Both the position numbers and the translations under genes were made by a program. Shown here in pieces: positions 1-13,495 of a DNA stretch of 64,000 bases. The notes under the pieces were generated by a model. That model ran no database searches, was not told where the DNA came from, and saw only the letters and a list, made by a program, of their open reading frames with translations. The stretch comes from Octopus sinensis (taxonomy: Eukaryota): contig NC_042997.1 in NCBI RefSeq assembly GCF_006345805.1, positions 5,952,001-6,016,000 of the forward strand, in the 5' to 3' direction. Every line of letters begins with the position of its first letter. Positions within the stretch are counted from its first letter, which is position 1.

Positions 1-310
1 TCATCATCATCATCATCATCATGGTGACCATCATCATTCTTTTTCTTTTTTCTGATTATGCTAAGCAGGTGTCTTGTCTAATTAAGTACCAATTTAAGAT
101 TTTCGAAATGTCCAACAAACATTCAGTTTCAAACAAATAATACGACCCCTGTCATTTGTAGTTTTTTTCAAAAAAAAAACAAGACAGTGTCATATACACT
201 AGAAACAGTACAAACGTTAATGCATACACACGCACACACATACACACACACTCACACACACACACACACGTGCACGCACACAAACATGCACACAAACAAG
301 TATACACGCA

Positions 311-500
311 CATGCTTAGCGGTATTTCGTCTGCTGCTACGTTCTCAGTTAAAATTCCGCCGAGGTCGACTTTGCCTTTCATCCTTTTGGGATCGATTAA
401 ATAAGTACCAGTTAGGCACTGGGGTCGATATAATAGACTTAATCCGTTTCTCTGTCCTTGTATGTTATCTCTGTGTTTAGCCCCTTATGCTTAGTAAAAA
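311..500 (+). mobile_element. 5'-truncated tRNA-derived SINE (octopus-type)
   Basis: B-box-like GTTAAAATTCC followed by GCCGAGGTCGACTTTGCCTTTCATCC...AAGTACCAGTT...CTGGGGTCGAT; the same body recurs at 10161-10361 (-) and 20781-21220 (+). Confidence 0.7.
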
Positions 501-943
501 CAAAATATATACACACACATGCCCACAAATACATGCATACACGAATTAACACATACAAATAACGGATATTCCCTTTACGATCTTGTTAAAACGCGCAGTT
601 GCCCAATCAAATGAATGAATCAAATCATTCAATTGGATTCGTAACGTAATACACAAGAGAGATCAGTTTAATAGATGGTGAAGTTCCTGGACAGTTGAAT
701 TACAAGCACCATCCATCGGAGATTCTTCCACGCAGTTTTGCACATACACGCGCGTGCGCGAAAAGTCATGCGCAAAACTTACAAGCACACATACATATAT
801 ACAGGCATATATATACACACACATACACATACACACACGAACGTGCGCGCGCGCATACACATATTTATATGATGAACCCTCCCTTTGAAGACGGTGTACG
901 AGCGTTCACCTTTTCTCGAAGGATCTGAACAAATAAATTTTTT

Positions 944-1001
944 ATGGCGATAGTTGTCAAAGATGAACCGTTAAGCGAGGTTCCAATAAAAACCGAAACT
1001 G
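944..1001 (+). CDS. candidate first coding exon of an unidentified host gene (MAIVVKDEPLSEVPIKTET)
   Basis: ATG at 944, 19 open codons plus 1 nt, then a consensus donor G|GTAAGT at 1002. Contains VKDE/IKTE psi-K-x-E motifs. No homology identified. Confidence 0.4.
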
Positions 1002-1992
1002 GTAAGTCTGTTCGATATATAGTTTCATGGTTAGACATATGTAGGGGGTACATATGCGATATTTTTCCTAATCAAAAAGAAATATAGAAACCGATCTACA
1101 AAAATTATGTCTTCATTTGTTTATCAACATTTTTCATTTAATACATAATCTTAAGCCGATTCTGAAATACATGACTTAAATGGAGTCTTAGAAGTTTATG
1201 CTTAATCTAAATTACTGAACTGGCGACATAAGCACGTTTCATATTTGGTTGATTTAAAAAGTAACCTACCGAATCTCGGTGAAATATAATTGTTGTTATA
1301 TCTCGACTTTAATTGTCTTTCAATGAACAATAGCTATAAAGCGATACAGATGTATATGGTATTATTGTAAATGATATTATTGTACATGGTATTATTGTAG
1401 AAACATATTATAGTAGAAACATGGACCGTATATTCTTCTTCTTCAATATATATCTTGTTCAAGCCCATACTTGTAGAAAGAATACATGTACAAAAAAGGG
1501 ATTCAAGTTCACTGATATCGGTTTATGATGTAGAGCTAAAAGCCAACTTAGCGAGTTCAAATCTAATTTCTACAATGCCTTGATGAGATTCAACGACAGC
1601 ATTGTTCTTTAGATTTAAAAAAAGTCGACATTATTCTTTCCCTCGAGTGATAATTATTATCGCATTTAAAAATTGGTTTTGACATTTTGGCATTAAGTTC
1701 TGAATAGGTATTTGCTAGTCATTCAGCAAAATGCTTCATTCCACGCTACTTCGGGCTTATGAACAGTAACATACTAGCAAGTAGGTATTGGTGTCCCTCT
1801 TTTCTTAATGCTACAACCTTGGGAGTCCGCCGCTTAAAATTGTAGGTGAAGTGAGCTGCCTATGGCTGCTTCACACTATATCAAGCGCCAAAATCAATCA
1901 GCTTTGCAGATTATGCTTTATCGAGCATTAATTGTTCGAGAGTGACGGCTGGTTGTATTGCTGAAGAGATGATAAATTCAGTATTAGTTTAG

Positions 1993-2031
1993 TAATGTTT
2001 GACCTGACCTCAATACAATGGCGCTCTTCTC
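1993..2031 (+). CDS. candidate internal exon (phase 1->1, MFDLTSIQWRSS)
   Basis: TTTAG acceptor at 1991-1992, open frame, GTAAGT donor at 2032; phase-compatible with 944-1001. Confidence 0.3.
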
Positions 2032-3384
2032 GTAAGTATATTCTCTTTCTTCAAAGCAGTCACTCCCCAATATTACAGTATCCAACGCATTCTTTTCTAG
2101 AACAAATGCGTGGAATTCAATGCTATTTTTTATTATTTTTTTTTTTGCAGTTAAAGTCACACTATAGAGAATCCTTCATTTGTTTAATAGAAAATATTTA
2201 CTTTTGTGGATTGTTGCATATATTCGTGGTTCATTCATAGGTACACACTTGTATATTGTTTTTAATCGAGCGTGTAAGTTAGTCTATGTTATACTGGATA
2301 TAGACGTACAAAGTTACACACAGACTAGCTCACATTTACTTTTATATATAATTATTTATTATATTGAATATTTATATATTTCTATTGTATTCATCTCACG
2401 CACAGATTCTAACAATTTCTTGTTTGTTTCATATAGAGCAGAATTAATAAAAGTAGACATGCTCGGGTGAGTCTTCTTTCGAATGTTATGAAATAGCATT
2501 GATGAAATTGACAATATTATAAACGTGTCAAAGTATTGGATAAACAAAAATAAAATGCATTTGTAAATATCAAAATAACCCAATATTTCGTAAAACTTTT
2601 ATTAAAGGTTGCCTGTCCCCGACCCCGTTATTTATTATTTGAATTGTTTGTGAGATTTATGACTCCCCATAGATAATATTCGTTAGGAAAGCATTGAATC
2701 TCAACATATATTTTCTTTACAATTCTAGATGAGAAATTCCAATAAGTATACCATATAAAACTGAGATTCGATGAAATACAGAACATACAAAGCAGTATTC
2801 TTCTGCGCCCATTTATGTATGCATACATACATACTCACATTTATATATATGTATATTTATTTATATGTATGTATACATGCGTATGGTGGGGGATGTGGTA
2901 TGCGTGCCTATGTACTTGTTTACATATACGTGCATGCATAGTGTGTGTTTCGAAACTGCTAAAGATTAGCCACAAAGTAGCCAAAAAAGAAATAGAAGAA
3001 AAACAGTAAAATAACTTTGTGTCAGCTCACAATGGAATGGGAATTGAAAGTTCATACACAAGGAGAAGGATTTTTCAGCTTTTTCGCATAGGTAAATCCT
3101 TCTGCATACATAGAATATTCGCTTTCTCTTCTACCAAATACTGAGTGCTATTTTCATTCGTCTGCTCACTCAATCTTACACTAACATGCACGCGTATATA
3201 GATATATTCGTACATATACATGCAAATATATGAAAACTTATATATGCATATACGCACGCACGCACGCACACACACAGACACACACAGACACACACACACA
3301 CACACACACTCATATATATATATATATATATATAATATAAATACACACAGATACATATGTACATGTATATATATATATATACTT

Positions 3385-3425
3385 GGAAATGAATGCGTGG
3401 CATTCAATTACATAATCGTATAAAT

Positions 3426-3483
<58 letters not shown>

Positions 3484-3760
3484 TATATTTGTGCACGCGC
3501 GCGCGTGTGTATGCATATATGGGTAGACAACGTCACCGTGTAAACAACCCGAAGTACGAAAACCTTTAAAGATCGAGAGAGAAAATGAAAAACAGGAAAA
3601 GTAACAAAATTTGACCCTTCATTATTTGTCAGCTGTCTACCTAATTCTCATTTCGAGCATTCAATGACAAAAATGAGTCTTCGAAGCCAGTTGCTCCCAC
3701 AAATTCCCAACAAGATTTGGGATTTGTTGAGGGGATAACATACAAGGAAACCGATCAGAC
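3385..3760 (+). repeat. diverged direct copy of the left arm (and upstream flank) of the 4126-5092 fold-back element
   Basis: ATGCGTGGCATTCAATTA at ~3392 and ~4070; ACGTCACC...GTGTAAAC...GAAGTACG...ACCCTTCAT...CTCATTTCGA...TCTTCGAAGCCA shared with 4126-4352. Confidence 0.6.
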
Positions 3761-4125
3761 AGAACATGGAGGGTCGTTACTCAAGAAGGAATGGGGGAAA
3801 TATTAAACGCTGGGAGAAATACTTTCTGTGAAAGGGGGAAACATAGAATACATCTATTCCTTATAATGTCGTGCAGGAGAAGAAAGATGGTCATGTGAGG
3901 AAAAAAAAAATGGACGATGGTCAAGTGTGAGCAACGAGAAAGAAAGAGTTGAGAGAGTGACAAATAGAACACGGTGAGGGTGGATGAAAAGGAAATTAGA
4001 GAAGGATGGGGAGAAAACAGTATAGAGAAGAGCCGTATCAAAATCAGTTAAGACAAACTCACAAATGGATGCGTGGCATTCAATTAAATAATGATATATA
4101 TCATATATCTACATATAAGCATATA

Positions 4126-5092
4126 TGGTTATAGGACGTCACCAACTGTGTAAACGACATGAAGTACGGAAAAAATGAGTTACATACGCAAACACTGAGA
4201 GAAAATGCAAACTAGGACAAGCAAAACAAAGAACAACCCTTCATCAGTTGTCGGCTCTCTATCTACTCCTCATTTCGATCATTCAACTACAAGATGAATC
4301 TTCGAAGCCATTTGCTACCATAAATTTCAAAACAAAATTTTGGATTTATGGAGGGTAAATGTTGGGAACAAAATCAGGACAGAGGAGTCATACAAGTTAA
4401 CCGAACGAAAACAAACACGGGGGTATCTTGGACCAGTACGAGCGGGGAATACTGAACGCTGGAAGAAACATTTTCTTTGAAAAGAGAAAAGACAGAAAAC
4501 ATCCACTCCTTAGAAAGCCTAACGACCCTATATGTTTGTTTTCTATAGTGTCTCCTCCCCCATCCTTCTCTAATTCCAGTTTTCTGCCCCTCACCATTTT
4601 CTATCTTTCTTTCTCTCTCTCATTGCTGACATGTGACCATCGCTCATTTTTCTGTTCCTCACGTAACCTCTCTTTTATCGCATGACGTTTTAAGGACTAG
4701 ACGTATTCTGTCTCTCTCTTCTACCTTTACTCTTTTCAACGATAATATCTCTCCCAGCGGTAATTATTTTCGCATCGTTCTCTTCTAACGAGCTCCACGT
4801 ATGTTTATGGTCGATTTTCTTGTATTTCTTCACTGTCCTGATTTTGTTCCTTCCTTTGACCCTCCATAAATCCAAAATTTCATTCTAGAATTTATGGGAG
4901 CAACTGGCTTCGGATAATCATATCATCATTGAATGCACGAAACAAGGAGTGGATAGACAGCCAACAAACAATGAAGGGTCTTTCTTTGTTTTACTTGTCC
5001 TGTCTTCGATCTTTTTCTCTCGCTGTTTGCGTGTCTAACTCGTTCATTTTCGTACTTCTTGTTGTTTACACACTTGGTGACGTCCTGTACCC
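4126..5092. mobile_element. fold-back non-autonomous element with ~230-bp imperfect terminal inverted repeats, set in TA-rich microsatellite
   Basis: 4126-4352 is the diverged reverse complement of 4861-5092. Termini GGTTATAGGACGTCACC / GGTGACGTCCTGTACCC; a related terminus occurs at 32410/32953. Confidence 0.6.
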
Positions 5093-5177
5093 ATATATAT
5101 GTATGTATATATGTATGTATACACAAATATGTATGTATGTATGTATGTATGTATATGAATATAGATAGATAGATACT

Positions 5178-5236
<59 letters not shown>

Positions 5237-5287
5237 TCTATCTATGTATATTCATGTACACGCATACATATTTGTGTGTATATATAT

Positions 5288-5320
<33 letters not shown>

Positions 5321-5844
5321 TATATAGATAGATATATTTTAAAATATGGACAAATCTATATCATGCATATATATGTTAGTGCGCTTGTGGTATGAGTGTA
5401 TGAGGGCGTGTATGCAAACATGCATACGCTTCGTCACACATATTATGTAATGTGTGTGTAATAGTGATTATATAACTCATCTAGGGAAGATAACAGCGAA
5501 CTAAAAACCTAAAATCTATGGTGGTCGAAAAACATGTTTACCATTTAAAGCACCCGTTAGCTTAGATTCTGAGATTGGTAATTATAGACGCTTTACTGGA
5601 TAAACTAACGACTTAACCCCACATCTCTACCACATGGTAACCGTATGTTCGTAATGACTTATAATTAAATAGCATCAGCTAACCCAGTCCAACTTTGATA
5701 CTACTACTACTACTACTACTACGACCACCACCACCATCCTCACCACAACACCACTACTGCTTCTACTACTGCTACATTTACTACTATTACAAAACCTTTT
5801 GAAACTTATTTTTTATTAATCTTGATATACAAGGAACGAATTAT

Positions 5845-5903
<59 letters not shown>

Positions 5904-6073
5904 TGTGTGTGTGTGTGCCTATATTAGTGTCTGCTTATAAACATATAAATACACATGTACACCTCCACACATTACTATATATACGCATATAAGCACATAT
6001 AAAAATATGTGCGTGTGAGAAAATCTCAAGTACATTATGTGCAAAATCACGATTCACCCATCTAGAAATACTC

Positions 6074-7130
6074 TTATTTTGCATACTTGTTTCTCCTAAA
6101 AACATATGAATCTAACAAGGATAATATTTTGTCAACTGATACTGGTACATGCCGGAAACTCATACTTAATCTCATTCCCTTTAATATATTGTTGTAAAAT
6201 GATAGGTTTATGATGGCGAAAGTGTTGGTACTGTCTCCTTTGTTCCTTTTGGACAACTCAGTAGACGCTTCTTATTTTTATTACAGGCATTGCTGTTGTT
6301 TATTACCTGTGTTAACCATAGTACAATACAGTTTGGTCTACGTTTTAGAGGCACTAAACAAATTTGAATACATGGCATGATAATGGACAATTTATTTAAA
6401 AAAAAATACTTATGTGGTTTGAACCCTAATTGACTGTTGTGTTTATCGTGGCAGCATAAAGGCCATTTTTGTTCTTTAGACTATGATTATTTCCATGTAG
6501 ATATTGTCTAGAGGTAGCTAAATAATCATCGATGTAACAACATGGGAATTGTTTAACGAAGTGTTATTAGTTTGTCCAGAATTGAAAATATAGCTGGGGC
6601 TTTTGGTAGAAATTTCGATTACCAGTGGAAACGAATCACAATCATTATTAAAAGCTGCATCGTTTTCTTCTTTGAATAATATAATCCACTTTCCCACTTA
6701 CTTTTATGCCATTTTCAGTTGACACAACTCCTTACTGTTGGCAGAGGACACTGTTTTCTAACCATGTTTCAGGCAATCTAATGTTCTGTTATGTTAATAT
6801 AATATTAACATAACATAACATCTGTCTGTTCGCAAGAAATAGTGAGGACCTGAAAAAGATGATGTAATTCACCAAATATCCAAACTTAAATCATATTGCT
6901 GTCTTTGATCATTCAGTCGAGCAATGAAATCAATGAATTTCAATCACATACTGGTTAAAAATATACTTTTATTGGCTCCATCAATTTTTCATTTGATATA
7001 CTAAATTTCTAAATTGCGTAATTCGTCCTGTTATTGAGTAAGTGCAGATGTTGATGTAAGTACTTGGATAATAAACTCGTTGTGATGGTAGTGTCTTCCG
7101 TTAGATTTTCGTTTAATTCCACTGACCAAA
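6074..7130 (-). pseudogene. highly decayed CR1/L2-like LINE remnant (possible APE endonuclease, possibly end of ORF1)
   Basis: Minus-strand manual translation across stops and frameshifts gives, in order, LPETWLEN (cf. xETWL), FPLVIEIS, MYSNLFS..T.TK (cf. MYSNSF.PLIT.PTR) and SFRHVPV (cf. SDH.PI). ELNENLTE lies upstream. Weak motif-level match only. Confidence 0.35.
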
Positions 7131-8354
7131 CAAGAACGTGTAATAATGATATTTATTGAACCTTTTTGAGGAATACGGTAGCAATGTTAATCCAAGCACA
7201 TCAAAAAGTAAGTTATCTGGAAGGCAGATAAGAACACACTGAAACAAACTGTGGGATTTTGGTGTTTTCGCAGTAACGGATATTGGTTAATGCATCTCTG
7301 ATTTCCGATTAAGCGACCCTTCAGATTGCTCCAGTATACAAAACAAGAAGACAAAGCCTACTTGAGCATTTGCATTGGAGGATAAACGACAGCACTTACT
7401 TAAATCTTGACAACTTGCTTCATATGACAGGCGATTTACCATGGATCATTTGAAGGGGTCCAACATGCTGAATAAACTCAATTTCGAACAACTCTCTGAC
7501 CGTAATTATAGCCTTTATGGCCAGAAAACAGAGTGAAATTACTGTACATTAGGAGCAACTATTAGAGAGATGTACTAAATTGAAAGGGATATGAATTAAG
7601 CACTAATTCATTTGCATTCGATAACGTTCACATCAAAGTTTAGTATCAATACAATTCCAAGATGATGGAATTCGATGGGTTTCCTACGTTAGAGAAGCTG
7701 GACTCAACCAAAACTGAATGTAGCAAGTAATCTTATACAGAACGTAGGATGTTCTTTACCAGTGAAACGAAAATTCCGGAGAAAAATGAGCTTACATTTT
7801 TGACGAGCGAACTACTCTTGTTACGGTACATAAATCGCAAGGCCTGAAATGAGGTATCAGGCTGCTCTTGGAAATGCTGTGGATATTTTTTTTTAAATAC
7901 AGCTACACCACCTCAGGTTTCCGAAACAACAGGTGTCTTAAACCAGTACAGATTCATTAAACTAGCCCGCCATTAGTCATTGCACGGTGATCGCCTTAAG
8001 CTTTAAACTTATATAAAAATACTATAATTATTATTTGCCGGATTGTAAAATACGGCGCTGTATGAAAACAACGTTCGCATCGAAAGCATATACAAAGTTT
8101 GCTTACATAGAACAAGCACGAACTAATATTGTTTTTAAATTTCATAGGAACAAGGAGGGTTATTCGCTGGTGTAAAGGTAGCACACTTAGTCGCGTTAAC
8201 AAAGGGATTTGGTTTCGTGACCCATGCGGATATGAACGCTCTGTTTGTTTTCTGTCCTTTTATTAGACAGTTTTCCTTAGTCATTGGACGGTGATCACCA
8301 TAAGCTTTAAGTATATATATATATATATATATATATAAATATTTAAATTTCAAC

Positions 8355-8385
<31 letters not shown>

Positions 8386-9169
8386 TATATTAAATTAGAG
8401 ATAAATATATATATATTATATTAAATTAGAGATAAATATATATAAATAGTTGAAATTTATAGTAAAACAAGACGAACGCAGGTGTAAGAACAACAAGCAA
8501 GTGTATTAATTTGATGCTCGGGAAAAATCGAAAAGTGTTTCACGTTTCGAGCCAATGCTCCTCAACATGAAGGAATAAAAGGAAAAAAAAGTGTTGAGTT
8601 AAGTGGTCCAACATCGCAAATATATATGTATGTATACGCACGCACACACACATAAGTATACAATTAAATGAAATGCATGTACAGAAATGGATGTGCATAA
8701 GTATATATATATATATATATATATCTTCACCAATTCATCACATATTGTGTGATAACTCCTTCTATATGCTTCGAAATAACAGTAATTCTGGATTTTATAT
8801 TATATGTTGCTAACATGTATTGTATCATTTTCCAGAGATAGTGTCTGCTATTTTCGATATATCTGAAAAACAATAACGGTATAAAGGTTTATGTACATGT
8901 GTCAGCTTGTGTGTGTGAGAGAGTGAGTATATGTGTGTGTGTGTGATTGCGTGTGCGTGTATATGTGTGCGTATAAATGTGCGTAGATAATGGTATACAA
9001 TGTTGCAGTTCAAAGAAAATGTTGGGTAGTGTGTAACTACTTTCTGGCGTATGAGCTTATGAATGGTAATGTTGACATATCTATTTTATATATTTATTAT
9101 TACGTAGGAGTATGTCCATCTTTTGCCCAACATCACTCTCTTCGTCTCTTAGATTATTTGCGCAAACAT

Positions 9170-9210
<41 letters not shown>

Positions 9211-9223
9211 ATATACATGTGCG

Positions 9224-9277
<54 letters not shown>

Positions 9278-9350
9278 TATATATATATATATATATGTAT
9301 ACATATGTTTACATATGTTTATATATATATATATATGTATGTATACATAT

Positions 9351-9434
<84 letters not shown>

Positions 9435-10160
9435 GGATACACAGATAAATAAGTAGATACATAGTGGGAGCGAGAGAGAGAGAGATAGAATGAAAGATAG
9501 AAAGTTGCGGTTAATATGGTATTTTTTATGTTCCTAATATATCATATATTGCCTGTGTACAAGAGAAGTTGTGCTAAACACGATATTTATTAAACGCTTC
9601 CATGTTATTGATCTTTTTAAATCATAGCAAATACTGATATTGAAGCACGTTTCAAAATTAATGATATACAAATTAATTTGCCATTACTGGAGAAGAACTT
9701 TTACCACTCCATGCATGTTTAAACAAGTTACTGGAAATTATTGAACATATACATACACATAAATATATACATACGTGTATATATATATTCATATCTTTCT
9801 GTAGATATATTATATTGGAAACAAAACTCGAAATTGTTATATTACATAGCAATACACATTGCAGAATTTTAAAGTTTACATGAAATTATACAAAATTTAA
9901 GCATTTAATTACTTTTAGAATTTATTATTCAGAGGGGAGAAAAAGAACATTTCAATGAATAATGCTTGTCGTTTCTCTGCCGGATTTCAACACAGGTTAT
10001 TTCCCTCGTATAATGGTACACATATTGTGTATTGTGTATGAGCACAGTTATTCATTTATGATTATTTACGCTTGAATTTATTTACTATTTTCTTCTTTTA
10101 TAATTATTATTCTAATATATTGAAATAAATATAATGCTTGGCTGCAGTAAATATCATATA

Positions 10161-10361
10161 TTGGTTTCAAATTTTGGCGTAATGCCAGACATTTTTTCGG
10201 GGAGAAGTAACTCGATTACATCTATCCCAGTGTTTAAATGCAACTAATTTTATAGGACCTGTAAAAAGGAAATGCAAGAGAATTTCGACGGAATTCAGAA
10301 CTTCAAGACGGACGAAGTGCACCCAAGCGTTATTCCCGGCGTCTAATGTTTCTGCCAGCTC
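10161..10361 (-). mobile_element. diverged tRNA-derived SINE
   Basis: Minus strand starts GAGCTGGCAGAAACATTAG...GTTCTGAATTCC and ends with the ...AAATTTGAAACCAA tail also seen at ~21215 (+). Confidence 0.6.
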
Positions 10362-10698
10362 AAAAGCAAAATTGAATAAGCTTCACAGAGAAGAACTTAA
10401 GTGGGCGGAACATGCAATTTTATTATAATATTAAAATCTTAAAGGTAAGATCTGCATCAACTGTACAGTTAAATCAATGGAAACAGCGAAAGGTTTAATT
10501 TAATATATATAATTATATATATAAATATGCATAAAATTTATAATGAATATACGAAACGAAAATGACGCTAACTATTATATATTATCTCAGAGAAATCGCT
10601 CTATGAATCTTTGCAAATTTAACAAGCAATATTGTTGGCGCTTCGTCAGACATGGCTGTTTCAACTTGATTTCATTTTATCAGTGACAAAACACTCAC

Positions 10699-10712
10699 AG
10701 ATTCTGCGCCAT
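10699..10712 (-). CDS. candidate first coding micro-exon (MAQNL) of a minus-strand gene
   Basis: Minus strand TTCAAC-ATGGCG-CAGAATCT|GTGAGT: ATG in a CAACATGGCG context immediately followed by a consensus donor. A second donor CAG|GTACGT lies upstream at ~10846. Confidence 0.3.
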
Positions 10713-12316
10713 GTTGAAATAGTCATTCCAGCATGGAAAGCAGCAAACAATATATCTAATGACGAGTATCTAATTTACTGATTACTGTATACTCTGACGA
10801 ATGTTTCCTTTGTTGATATGCCTGTCGAAACAAAGACTTTGACGTACCTGAGAATTTATGGGTGCATTTTCCAACGTAAAATCCAATTCAGGTCAAAACA
10901 CCAGATTCTTACGACATGCCAACAATACCACGAGCTACTTTTGTATTTTTATTTCAAATTCCTCTTTGATACATGATAAGGTTTGCCATGTATATACAAT
11001 CGTGTAGCCCTGAGACTGCATATATATTACTAACATTGTATATGCCCTGTATAGTCAAATATTATATATCACTGCATTGCCGTTAAGACTCAAGCATTGT
11101 GTTGCCCGTGATTCATAGAATTTCTCTCAGTAGCATATTGTTTTTAAATTTTAGACACCACTTAAGAACATTGAATGTAGCTACAAAAGAATCTTCAATA
11201 TATTAAACCATACCATACATATCAACATTGACATGATAATAAGTGACCGAAGCATAAAATTTATGAACACGAATGTGTATATATAAGATTTTAAAATTTC
11301 TATGGCTACCAGAAAGTTAACATGGAGCTGCACTCTGACGCAAAATTATTTTGCAGTCGATGAAAATAGGAATAAGGAAATAAAAACAGAGCAAATAAAA
11401 ATCGGTCTATAATTTCATTAACTGTTTTTCTTTTTTTAATTTTTTTTCCTCCTTACATTCCTCTTAAAGTATTTATTTATTTTCCTAACTCCAATGAATG
11501 ATTCAGATTTTGGAGAAAAAAAATAATAATATTAGCAATTTTAACTATTATTCTTCATCTTCAGCATAGGCTCTAAATATTTTAGTTGTTTGTGTCAATA
11601 TTACGTAATAATGTTTGCATGTCGACAACTCCACATGAATGTTTTCTAAACCACTATACTTGATTAAGCAGCTATTTCTCAATTAAATCTTATTCATATA
11701 TTATTTTATTGGTTTCAAACATTTTTTCTAAATGTTTGTTTCTCATTCATAAGTTATAAAGCGATTCAATCGGAAATTTCTTACATTTACTCGAATTACC
11801 TCATTTCAATTCCGAATGGATAGGCACACGCACATACGCAGGCGCACAGTGTATATATATATATATATATTTTCTATTTTTTTACTATTTATGAAAATTG
11901 TTTTACTATTTATTAACATTTTTTTACTATTTATTAAAATTTTATGTATTGATTAAGTCTTTCCTTGTTTGTTTTGCAAAATAGTGGTTTTGTCTCTAAT
12001 AATATTTTATATATATATATATATATATGTTTGTATGAATGTATATTGATATATATATATTATATATATATTATATATATATAATATATATATAATATAT
12101 ATATATACATACATACATCTGCATATATACAAGGCATATATATATATCCCTCTTTATGCACACGCACACACATATATGCATATATACATACATATATATA
12201 CATATATATACATATATTTATATATACATACATATATATAATATATATATATATTATATATACATATATATACATATATTTATATATACATATATTTATA
12301 TATATATATATATGCA

Positions 12317-12371
<55 letters not shown>

Positions 12372-12623
12372 TATTATATATATATATATATATCATATAT
12401 TTATATATATATGCATATATATATATATATAATATATATATATGCATATATTTATATATATATATATTATATATATATATATATTATATATATTATATAT
12501 ATATATATATATATTTATACCGGAGTAAACACATAAATGTGAAACAAGGTGGAAAAAAGAGTACTCAAATACCAGTGGTAGAGTAATATGCTTTATTTTA
12601 AGCAGCAGAAAATTCAACAAAAT

Positions 12624-12660
12624 TTGTTACTCTGAGTTTCTCGTTGCCGTCATCAGACAG
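12624..12660 (-). ncRNA. antisense partner copy of the minimal hammerhead motif
   Basis: Minus strand CUGU-CUGAUGA-CGGCAACGA-GAAA-CUCAGAG-UA-ACAA; one A shorter in stem II. Confidence 0.55.
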
Positions 12661-12669
12661 TTTTTGCAA

Positions 12670-12707
12670 CTGTCTGATGAACGGCAACGAGAAACTCAGA
12701 GTAACAG
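12670..12707 (+). ncRNA. minimal type I hammerhead ribozyme-like motif (PLE type)
   Basis: CUGU-CUGAUGA-A-CG-GCAA-CG-A-GAAA-CU-CAG-AG-UA-ACAG: intact core boxes, stem I CUGU/ACAG, stem III ACU/AGU, GUA cleavage triplet. The 10.1:11.1 position is an A-A mismatch. Confidence 0.65.
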
Positions 12708-12785
12708 ATTTTGTTGAATTTTCTGCTGCTTAAAATAAAGTATATATATTATATATATATGCATATATTTATATATATTATATAT

Positions 12786-12822
<37 letters not shown>

Positions 12823-12915
12823 GTTTATATATATACTATATATATATTTTTTTTTTTAGTTTCAGCTCAGAGCTGCGACCATGCTGAGGCACCGCCGGTT
12901 TGTGCTACACTGTTA

Positions 12916-13495
12916 TTACGAAGAAACTCGTCTGATATGTGGCACTTGTTGAAAAATGGAGTTTGATGCAGCTACTCTCATTTGCACTTCTTGCCGCGAT
13001 GTAGGTTCATTTGGGACTCTTGACAGGAAGATGTCTAGCTTTGATTTAAAAACCGCTACATCTACATTGTGCAGGTACCTCATACTCTTTGGGAGAATAT
13101 TAAAAAGCTGTGGGCCCTTGAAACCCAGGCTGTTGCAGAAGCTGGTCCTGAAGCGTGATGGCATATGCAGTGTCGTCCCGTTCTAGCATTGGTGTAGATT
13201 GCAATGCCAAAATTTGGCACAATTCCTTCCAGGATCTTCCAGACATATTTTACTGCATACCTCTCCCGTCTTCTCTCCAGGGAGTAGAGTCTTAGCTGTT
13301 TCAACCTTTCCCCGTAGCTGAGCTGTTGCAAAGAGACGATCTTCTTTGTGAATCTTCTCTGGATTGCTTTAAGGTCCGCTGTTAATTTTACACTGTTGGG
13401 TGACCATAGCTGTGAGCAGTAATCCAGGCGACTGAAGACGAAAGTCCGCCAGAGGACCATCATGGTTTCCTTATCTCTGTTTCTGAATGTTTTTA
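12916..13495 (-). mobile_element. CR1/L2-clade LINE, 3' end of ORF2 (post-RT region), frameshifted
   Basis: VLWRTFVFSRLDYCSQLWSP...IQRRFTK...LSYGERLKQLRLYSLERRRERY (ORF 13080..13691) continuing into GPQLFNILP...FKSKLDIFLSRVP (ORF 12916..13164). Confidence 0.85.

Larger units (their letters stand above)
12591..12740. repeat. near-perfect 72/73-bp-arm hairpin (PLE-type terminal repeat in inverted orientation)
   Basis: 12591-12662 is the reverse complement of 12668-12740 with one mismatch and one 1-nt indel; 5-nt loop TTTGC. Confidence 0.9.

Noticed and set aside
6074-7130. Protocadherin pseudogene (VELNENL..., ENDAAF, LHGNN)
   Set aside because: No DRE/DYE, DxNDNxP or AxDxD motifs in the correct spacing; a LINE endonuclease motif order fits somewhat better.
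8520-8575. Additional hammerhead-like remnants (also ~32730-32800 and ~40365-40395)
   Set aside because: The CUGANGA box or the stems are too degenerate to call; likely decayed PLE termini.
10699-10712. Prohibitin-2 (starts MAQNL)
   Set aside because: Five-residue match only; no SPFH-domain exons found downstream on the minus strand.
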